Assembly (NCBI GenBank): GCA_001949185.1
Contig: BDGG01000005.1
Coordinates: 868,001 to 932,000 of the forward strand
Direction of reading: 5' to 3'
Length of the DNA: 64,000 nucleotides
Source: Ramazzottius varieornatus
Lineage: Eukaryota; Animalia; Tardigrada
How positions within the stretch are numbered: position 1 is the stretch's first letter; the number at the start of each line of letters is the position of its first letter. A program made the translations under genes and the position numbers. The notes beneath the pieces were generated by a model. The model was not told the DNA's origin, searched no databases, and worked only from the letters and a program-made list of their open reading frames with translations. This document shows, one piece after another, positions 51,499-61,319 of the stretch.

Positions 51499-53078
51499 GC
51501 ATATGTAGTACGTTCTTTGTGCGCAGCTTCAGGATCAACGTATATTTTGTAATAACTATGTAAAACTCACCAGTGTGTAAGCACCAACTAACCATGCTCC
51601 TTCCTCTTCCCCGCAGAAAATACAGACACTGTTAAATTTTGATCGGTGATCGGTTCCAGAGTCTGGAGAGTGCACGATAGCCGGCTCGGTTTCTGGCACG
51701 GGCTCTTCCATCGGTTACCGGCAAATCAGTCTTTAAAATTTGGAAAGAAAATCAGGAAATATCTTCAGATGTCTGTTGATTGGCCTAGACGCGAAGTAGA
51801 CGAACAGGGCCAGTGCGGAAATGGACAGACAGATAAAAGTCGGGGTTCTGGATCAGATCATATCTGCGCCAAAGTTGACAAATGTTGATGAGCCCGCAGA
51901 CATACTGTAGCTGTCAGTTATGGATTTTTGTAATTCATAAAAGCACCATCCTGCGGTGACGCTTGTGTAAAACTTTTACTACTTGTTTACTCTTGCTGCT
52001 CTCAAGTGAGTACATATGCAAAAAACGTTCAGACAAAGGAAGTGCGTTTGGCGCAAGGCTAAATTTAACTCCCATATGGAGCTTCAACTTTTAACTTACG
52101 CCTTACGTCATGGCGGATGTGACAGTTCAGTCTGTTTTTAGGTTCTCCGTACTCTGATGATGGGAGATTATTCTGAGGAATGGTAATGGTAACAAGAATA
52201 TTCAAACGTGGGCGCATCCTCATCGCTTTGTTTTTCTTAAACTGCGCGGAATTGCTGTCGCTATCTCGCATGTCAGCCTGTATGAAGTAACACTCCAGTA
52301 CGGTTGCTGACTCTTCGATTCGTAGAGCACATGTGCATCTGGCTGCATGCAGTGGGAAGATAAGATTCAATAGCACCATACGGATCGTTTGTCGAGACAG
52401 TTAGCTGGATAAAGAGTACGAACGATCCGGAAAACTATCACTCTCGGATCCGTAACTCATCAATGCGACATTTAATTACACGAACTCCGGGGGTCAAAAT
52501 AGTACGTGTTCATGCAAATGAGAGTCGATACTGAATACTGATAGGGTGAGCTTAGGTAAACAATGTCGATGTACATCGAAAACCTCCTGGGAAAACCTTT
52601 TGGAAAGTCAGGAACCCGCACTTTCTCCCCTGCTTGAAACTGAACTAAACGACCACATGGGCCATTTCCGGCAGGACAGAATGCACGGGGGTTTTCTGGA
52701 CCAATCGCTTCTTTTATGTATAATGGTATATCATAATATACTAAATGCAGTACTAATGATACGGAAATGCATGTTTTATCACAGTTGGGTATTGGTTTTT
52801 GTAGAGGCATGCTGAGAGCCTTTTTGGGGCTCGGCAAGTAACCAGGTGCTCCCTACCTCGTGAGGTACTCTGAAAGGTTCTCGGGGCTGGATGCATACGC
52901 TATGTAAAGTGGGTAAAATTCATAAATATGGATTTGTGGCGCTTAATTCAATTCCTCTCTTTGTGCAGCTGACAAAGGAGGAAGTATTGATCCCCGAAGT
53001 TGTACCGGGGGACGGGCTGGATCAGTTGCACATCAGGACAGGATTACTGAATCGGGAGACCCGGGAGTGAATAGTGTA

Positions 53079-53191
53079 CACGTGCCTGGCCTAAATGTGA
53101 GGATGGACAAAAATGTGGNNNNNNNNNNNNNNNNNNNNNNNNNNNNNNNNNNNNNNNNNNNNNNNNNNCCCACATTTAGGCCAGGGGCGTG
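53079..53191. mobile_element. TA-flanked TIR element (Tc1/mariner-type ends) whose interior contains the assembly gap
   Basis: TA|CACGTGCCTGGCCTAAATGTG ... N50 ... CACATTTAGGCCAGGGGCGTG|TA. Confidence 0.75.
53119..53168. other. Assembly gap (50 N)
   Basis: Run of N characters. Confidence 1.
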
Positions 53192-53649
53192 TACGTATGT
53201 TATTAGGTGGAGGGTCGTGCAGATGAGCGACTAGCTCAGGTTCCGCGCATGCGAGTACTCTTTGTGCACAGATCCCATCTTGCTTTTTGTGCCTAGTTGA
53301 TCTTTGGGTTTCTGCTGGCATGACGGTTATTTCTTATCAGCAACGGCACATTTGATTTTCGCCGAGTGCTGGCAGTCCACCACAACTATCAATTATTTCA
53401 CTTGGTGTGTTTGCTCCCCGCTGATTAGACTGTCATCATTCACGGATTATTCTTGACGTCATGGGAGACCAAACGGACGAGGCGAAGGACCTTTCTCCGA
53501 CGGAAATCAAACCTCCTGCCAAAACTCCACAATCCAAGCTTGGAAAGGTATAAATTTTCTTAGGGAAATACTTACCAATTTTTTATTTTGTCCCAATTGA
53601 CCAAGAATTGTTTTGCCTTGTTCCCTTGTTGGGTGAACAAAACGTACTT

Positions 53650-53718
53650 GATCGTTATCCAAAGTGGCGCACGTTTCCATTGTTGATGACTGGAAGGGTA
53701 GGCCACTCTTGATAATAC
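53650..53718. repeat. Palindrome copy, right arm decayed
   Basis: gatc-N9-agtggcgcacg...taggccact. Confidence 0.8.
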
Positions 53719-53834
53719 GTTTTGCACGCCCGTTCCCATATCTGGTAGCTAAAAAACTTTCAATATCGAAGTTCACCTTAGAAAGCGTAAAGAAGTAATC
53801 CCTTTTCTCATTTTTGTGGTTTTTTGTGCCTTGC

Positions 53835-55301
53835 AGAGACAAGCATCGGTCCAAGTGCAGCCAACGCACACAGAGAACCAGTTGGGTCGTCGAAATTCAC
53901 AGCCCATGGCAGCCGTAAGTGCCCGGCCTCGCCTGCAAAATGGGCTCTCTAAAGTACGGAATTCAGGCTTCTGGGCTTCATAAACATCAATTACACACCT
54001 CAGTGCTCAATAACTGAGGGAATTATTATTCTTTCCGGACAGAATCAAGGTAAGCCGTCTTCGCGACCCGCGACAAGCGCTGCTTCAGCCCGTCCTAGCG
54101 ATGCTAGTCGAGGCACTTCATCCACCAGGCCTCGAGACGGGAGTGCAGCTCCTGAGAGGAAGCCAAAGCCTTCCTTGCCCAAGGCAAGCAGGAGAGAGCA
54201 GCTAAACAACAGACCTGAACTGGGAAAGGGCAGGCTGGAACGCGGCAAGCAAGTTTCCCATCTGGGCTTATTTCCACTATCCGGTCAAATCCAACGCCAG
54301 TCAACTTCCATGAACGTGGAAGCTGGATCTGTGGACGCCGACCATGCTGCTGAAATGGAAGAAACGTCCTTGACAACCGCCCAGGTTGGAAAATCATCAG
54401 GTAAGACTATAACGCCTAAAAATGAGCACGTAAAATGCGACAACAGTAAGAAAACGACAGAAAAGCCCACTCGTCTGGTCGCGCATTTCATTGTGTAGAA
54501 TGCAGTCTTTAGTAAGCCGCTTAAGCAGACCGCTTGGCCACACCTGCTGACTGGCGCACATGGCAACATTGGTTGTATGACAAACTGCGCGGCCAACGTG
54601 AAACTAATGTTCCTTTGTCAAGGTGTGGGTAAGAAAGTTCAACTGTTTTTGCAGGCAGCTGGAAGAAGCAGATCGATCACCTTGCAAAGTCTCTGACGGA
54701 GTACGCCGAAAATCATCCCCAGTTTTCGTCCCAGTTGAGTTCCTGTAGGCTGGATAAGGTAATATGAAGCACTTAGCCTGATCAACTGGACGAATGAACC
54801 TCGACGGCCCAGTATTGCACTGAGAGAGTCTACCATTATGGATGCAACTAGACTTGATCAAATATCAATCCGTGCTTTCTATAGGTCTTGGGTCTCCGAA
54901 CTGTGAAAACGCTGAAAGGAGATCAGCTTACCCTCAACGTTACCTTCAGCATCAGCCCCGCCCTGTTCGACGTGCGCTCCAGATCTGCCAAAGAGAAATC
55001 TTTGGCGAATATTCGACATAGAAGCGCGGAAAGATCCGACGAACTTACCGACAATCCGAGTTCGAACAGGTAAATTCTATAAGCTGAATGATTGACCCTA
55101 AAATTTTGATATTTCACCATCATTCACTTTCGCAGGGTTTTAGAGAAAAATCGGGGACCCGATGTGAGAATCTCCGCGGATGACGAGGTGAAGGAAACAG
55201 ACACTACAGAAAAAAGAAGGAAAGCTTCAGCCGGAAATACCGTGGAACCAGACAGCAGTGTGCCAGGAGGAAAAACGGAAGAGAACGATTTCAGCAAATA
55301 G
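53835..55301 (+). other. Possible low-complexity orphan gene or pseudogene fragments
   Basis: S/R/P-rich open stretches bounded by AG/GT sites (~54050-54400, 54886-55069, 55136-55301); no domain recognised. Confidence 0.3.
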
Positions 55302-55681
55302 AATTAAAACCCTACGTCTCTGACGGCAGCTTGCATTGCACCCTTCAATCGATCTCGACATGCTTTTTGTATCGGAGTTCGGTTTTCATCAACAACAGAG
55401 TTTGCATTGTTAATTCCATTGAGTGGAGTCTCGCTTTGCCGCCTCGCACTTTTTATGTCGATCAGTGATCGATGTGGACTCAAGCAGGAGTTGACGTAAC
55501 AAAATGCCGACGGCGGACATAAATTCATAATCGATACTTTACCGTTTATGCATCCGACTTGTGCTCCGTTATTTTTGGCCTTCGAGGAGGAAGGTTAAAA
55601 ATTCTAATGAACGAACAACGGTAAAACTAAACCAAAAATTGAGTAAAAAATCTGGCTTCTTGAGGAAGAATGCAGACGGGA

Positions 55682-58339
55682 TCAGAACATGGTGCTTTCC
55701 ATTTGGCTGTGGGCATTATGCAGAGATGGCAGTTGATGTGGAATGTGGCGGTAAGGATGGGTTTCCGGTAGAAAGGCAGAGCGGATATCCAAGTCTGTAG
55801 TGGGAGTAAGAGGGTCCACCCCAGGGTTGAAATACGTCGTCGGTGTCGTGGCTTCCGACGTCATGCATGAGCTGTCCGACAGCAGGATCCGACTCAAAGA
55901 CTCGGCCATACTTTCTTGTTGTTTGTCTTGATAAAACCGGTAGACGCAAGTCGACATAAAGATCATGAACAGCAGACTGGATATGCATCCTATCGCGATG
56001 AGGACCTCATAAGCAGATTGGAACTTCCGACTGCAAAAACACATATAATTTTGTCATTTGGGTTAATGAACGTTACATAATTATACAACACTTAACATTT
56101 CATAAGTATTGCTCAAACGTTCTCTGCTCCAGTGATTGTCTAAAAATCGATTTGAAAATAGATATCGTTCTTCTGCGTGCATGTACATGTTGGGAGATCA
56201 AAAGTTCTTTTCAAGGTTTGGTGGAAGCGCACCACCAAAGTGCCATCTGTCGTGAATGGCTGGAACGGACGGGTGGTAATTCCCTTGTCCGTGTGATTGT
56301 GACGACACAGTGCCGGGTGAAAATTTACTGTACCTCGGTGGATCCAGATTTTTCGTTGTGAATGTTTTGCAGTCCAGTTCATCAACATTCCCCGACTTGT
56401 TCAACAGTAAGCAAATCTTGTACATGGTTGCAGGTTTCAGATTGCTGATAGTGTAGGTCCTGACCAGGTGCCCCATGTAGATGGTCCGGATCATCGAGAA
56501 GTTGCCTTCGACGTTCTCGTAATATACGATTCGGAACTGCGACGCAATGGAGGGATCCGAGTTGTTCCAAGCGAACGTCACGTACTGCGGCGTCACAGCC
56601 AGCGGAATGATTATCACAGGTGCGTATGTCACATTGAGGATCACGCTCCTTGTAACAGTCCCAAACTCGTTCTCTGCTTGACACAGGTATGCTCCGGAAT
56701 CGACGCGAAAGAGTGGACCAAGGCGAAGAAGTCCGGAGAATGAAGGCAGTGTGTATGAGCGATTCCTACGCGGATCAGCCCGCATCCACATTAGTTTCGA
56801 GACGTTACCCGCAGTCAGGCACTGAAGTTCCAAGACACTTCCGAGATCCGCGCTGATCCTGTCGGGGAATGTCGGAAGGATCACGGGTAAAGCATCGCGC
56901 CATTCGGGCGATTCCATCAGGGTCGCAAGATCAGTTGATTTGATGGTGTTGTTACGCCATCTGCATGACAAGTTTCTGTCGTGACAGGAAAGGAGAAACT
57001 GGGCGTTCAGAAAACAGGAAAGTGATACGTTCCGTAGTGAGATCTTTGTTGTGTTTACAGGTTCGTTGGAAGAATCAAAAGGAAGCTGAGAGACGTTTGT
57101 ATTGTCGAGGTTGATGAAGGTAATGTTCTTCAGTTTCGTGAAGGCTCCTGGCGCGATGTAGGTCAAGTTTAAACTGTTTGACAGGTCGAGAAAAGTCATG
57201 TCTTTGGACTCATCGAAAGCGTTGGAGGAGATGGTCCAAAGGAACGGCATGGAACTGAGGTTGAGGACTTCTGCCTGGATGCCTTCGAAGGTATGTCGGT
57301 TCAGCTGGTAGAAGTGGTTTTCCGTTAGATCTAGGTTGGTAACGTAGAGGTTTCTAGTTATGAAGTGGGTGATTTGGTTGTAAGAGAGATTGACTTGTTT
57401 TAGATGGAAAGCTTCGAGTGAATCGGCAAATGATTCGTCACTAATGTGGTTTTGGGAGAAGTCAAGTGAGCTGAGCTGATGGAGATTGACAAAGATGCCA
57501 TCATCCAGTGTGGTAAGTAGGTTTTCCGCCGCGTCTAGGGCAGTTAAGCGTGGCAAGTCCAGAGTCTCCCCGTGTATAACCTCAATGCGATTTCCGCGTA
57601 GACTTAGAGTCTGTAAACTACGGAGTGGAGCGAAAAAGTCATTATCGCTGCTGGTGATCCGTGTTAGACTGTTGTGCGATAAGTCCAGATGCTCCAGCTG
57701 GGGCAGAACTAGTAAAACAAACTCCAATAGAAATTCGAAATGTGGTTCAGCAGAAGATTCCCCTTTGAATGTAAATTCATGGTCATCTGGGTTCAGTTCT
57801 GATTTACGAAATTCCATATAAGTGATCGAGAAACAAAAAAGCTTGTTAGGCCGGCAGACGAAACGCACGAGATCGTTACAGTAAGTGGCGCAGCCCTCCA
57901 GCCAACACGGGTGCAGACATGCGCCACTTGTGATGTCGATCTTGCGCATTTCGTTTGCCAGTCTCCCATTTTTATTAACCTTTTAGATGGACCCGGAAGT
58001 AGTACCTAGACGTCCGTAAAAGCCTTGAATGGCATTGTGAGATAGATCGAGTAGTTGTAGTTGCGGCATTTGGTTGATACCGACGTGCATGGTGATGGAG
58101 TTGTTAGCGAGGATGACGGCCTCGGCATCCACCGGAAGGTCACGGGGAATGCGGAGGAGAGCGCGACTTGAGCAATCGACTGTCTTGTACACTTTGGCGG
58201 CTTTCAATAAATAAATTTGTACAGGGTGGATCTGGCAATTGCATTTCTGCGGACAAACAGGCGTCCAACATTGTGTCATGTTTATCCAGATGAGTTGAGC
58301 TAGCGTAATCCACACTATCACACACATCTCGGTACACAT
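55682..58339 (-). CDS. LRR-Ig-FN3 single-pass receptor (LRRN/NLRR-like)
   Basis: Signal peptide, LRRNT CPQKCNCQIHP...TVDCSSRALLRIP, multiple LxxLDLSxN repeats, Ig (LELQC...DSGAYLCQAENEFG), FN3 (YTISNLKPATMYKICL), TM VLIAIGCISSLLFMIFMSTCVY, tail ending STMF. Confidence 0.9.
57870..57942. repeat. Palindrome copy (LRRN-like intron)
   Basis: gatc-N9-agtggcgca-N27-tgcgccact-N9-gatc, full consensus. Confidence 0.93.
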
Positions 58340-60275
58340 CCGCGGATTACTCCACTTAAAATTCCCTGCTGATAGACCAGCACACAGATCTCCCAAACTG
58401 CAAAAGAGGGCAAAGTATGGTATATAGTTACTATAATGTGAACCTCGGAACTAAGAGAACTTCATGCCGAAATATTAAATTCGAGGAGAAAACTATGGAA
58501 GATCGTAACGAAAACACTTTGGTTCAATCGGGACCAGTGAACTAAGCAAGACTGCTCCTGAATACTATATTAACTGAACTACGGAAGAAAAATGTGTAAG
58601 AACAAGAACGAAAATTTTTTGACGTACCGCATTTCATAAATCTCGTTCAAAGCAGGCAATAATCCACTTTTGATGACATCATCGCGGACGTAAACAAGCG
58701 CGCATTGCGGCGTAATCTGTTGTTTACGGTCGCTGTCACAGAAAACTTTTACGGGATCGATTAGAGCAGCTTATCCTAGTCCAGTCTCCTCCGCAAATCC
58801 ATCGATTTCTCATGGAGAACTTGTCCATTCGTTTCCCAGCAGAACAGAACAACTGTTCTTACGCGGTCGTCGAGTTTTCTTCCAGAACAAACTTTCGTCG
58901 TTTTTAGAAAGAAATGCCGCTGCGCTCAGATCTCAGCGGAGACATACAGAAACGGTTTAAGGGCGTCGATGAAGAGATTCGGAGGATGGACGAGTTAGCA
59001 AGTGTAACTAGGCGGCAATCCAATTTAGGTTTTTTCGCCGCAAAGAAGAATTAGTCTGTGGGGATCCATGAGAGGAATAAACATCGGCGATAACAAGCAT
59101 CTCACGAACTGACATCGTCGTTCTCTTCATCATCCATTGTAGATCACTGTCATCCGAAACATGCATTTCAGAAACTGGTCCATTCTCTAGAGAATTAGTT
59201 CCGCATACTGAAGCCAAGAAGGAAGTTGAACCATACGAGTGTTCTCCTCTCCGGAAGCTCAATCACATTACTGACACAAATCTGCCACACCACTCAAAAA
59301 AACTTTCCTTCGAAACACTATCTGTTTTAATTTGAGGAATGAAAAGCCGGTTGTCGATAGTCGAAAGATAGCTCAGCTGTTCAATGCAATTGCCAAGAAG
59401 AAGAGAAATGAAGGAAGATGAGGAGGCGTTGTCCACAATACAGTATGACAGTTATACGTTTGAAGTAGGCTGGGGAATATTGAGCGCTTTTCTGCTCGTC
59501 ACTTTAGGCACTAGAGTATGGATGGATTTGTGCCGTTTGGTTTCAGGGTAGAATAACAAGCAAGCACAGCGAGCGCGTTCAAGGATGTGCGGTCCTTAGA
59601 GAGCTCGAGTTCTCCTTACTTGATCCACTTGGTCGTGGAACTTGACTAGCTTCTTGGCACGAATATGCAGAGGACTGCAAGCATGACGATGGGCCGCCAG
59701 CCAAGGCCCCGAATGTCATTACGACGGCTCGAGCTCTTCGTTGGGCAAAAACAGAGACCAAATGCTGCACTTTATAGACATAATATTTTCTCTACAAATT
59801 GAGATTTGAATTTGCATTCAAATGGCGTGCGCCATTAAAGTCCCCGGAGATTGTAATGAAGCAGAATAGCAAAGTGCCTGCTTTCCAGCTCTCTCCCTTT
59901 AGCGACGGCTTTCTGCTTCCTTATTCGTCTCCTGAGTAGACGACGAGGACTGTACATTCTTATCGCGCTTGTCTTCCTGCTTGCGTTAGAGGATTGACAA
60001 ACAGGGAACTACGTATGAAGTGAGAGATTTCCCTCTCGGTTGTTTTGTGCTGTTTGAACTTGTGCTTTGGAGCAACACTGTCGTGTTGATATACAGTATA
60101 TGGGCAAATATCAAACAGAATAAATTTCATGTGTCGTGTTTCTGGATCTTGTTAGCTGACTGTTACCGATAGAACAACAAGAGGTTTCTGTGTGCCTGTA
60201 TAGTTCGATTAGCGTGGTTCTTGATTGTACGAGGTCGTAATGCGGAAACTCAAACACGAATACTAAATCACAGGA

Positions 60276-60884
60276 GTATGGGCGGCCGATAAGTGCATAA
60301 GTAAATGTGCTCTCAAAATCTTATTGCATATCAGACCTTTTGATAGGTACCAAAACAGTAGGGTAACAGTAGGGTACTGTTTTGAACTATAATATAGTAT
60401 AGGCCAAAAAAGTACCCTAGTGTTTCGAACTGTACTGTTGTATAGATCAAAACTGATGCTTATCAGTTTTTATCTATACTACAGTATGGTTCAAAACAGC
60501 AGGCACTTTTTTGGCCTATACTGTAGTATACAGTCCTGCCTGTGAGATGTGTCAATTGCTTCTTCTGCAACCGAGCAGTGTTTCTGCGCGAGACTGCTGG
60601 CCATGCACTGCGCAGCACGATCAGCTGATCGACGTCCGTTTGTCTTTTGACTTGCTCAAGTAATTAAGCGCGTGTCTGATCAGCTGATCGGTCTCATGCG
60701 AACAGCATGGCGAGCGAATTCGTGTACGCAGGAACCGTCCGGAACTGATTTCGGGCGTTTGAACTGTCACATCTCAGAGTAGGACTGTAGTTCGAAACAG
60801 TACCCTACTGTTTTGATACCTATCAAAAGTGTGTGTTAGAAGATTTTGAGCACATTTACTTATGCACTTATCCGCCGCCCATAC
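60276..60884. mobile_element. Nested composite of palindromic MITE-like elements
   Basis: Outer arms GTATGGGCGGCCGATAAGTGCATAAGTAAATGTGCTC...GAGCACATTTACTTATGCACTTATCCGCCGCCCATAC (~100-115 bp imperfect), AGGA on both flanks; inner hairpin 60393-60525; inner TA-flanked element 60531-60787. Confidence 0.88.
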
Positions 60885-61319
60885 AGGATTGTTAGCTGAC
60901 GTCATGAAACCCGAGAAGAAGAAACCCGGCCGCAAAAGTTAGCTGCACGTTCCGAGCCATGAAATTATCTGCAGAAATAGTAGATTAGGGAACTTCCGAT
61001 TACCTGACAATTGGTAGTCGTTTGTGTAAAACCGCGAATTCCAGTGAGATCACGAGGCATGATAAGACTGGCTTCCGGTTCCTCGATAACTCTAATTGGG
61101 CAACTTTATGGGCAAGTTGCCTTCAAATATTCTCGTTGAATATTTGTGATAACGTAATCACTTTGAAGTTCAAGTCAAACCACAATACGTGCAGAAATTC
61201 GGTACCTCAGATACTGTGCAACACTTCCCACAGGACTTCGGGTTTCGGTCGCAGCGAGAGAGTAAAAGCTTGTTCATTTCAGCCAGGTCATCAGGTAGGT
61301 CCTCGCAACTTTAGGAGCA

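Noticed and set aside
52480-53060. ORF fragments before the gap as a transposase
   Set aside because: Multiple stops and no DDE or reverse-transcriptase motifs recognised.
54545-54600. Possible further palindrome copy (tggcgcaca...tgcgcggcca)
   Set aside because: Too degenerate and lacks the GATC blocks, so it was not counted.
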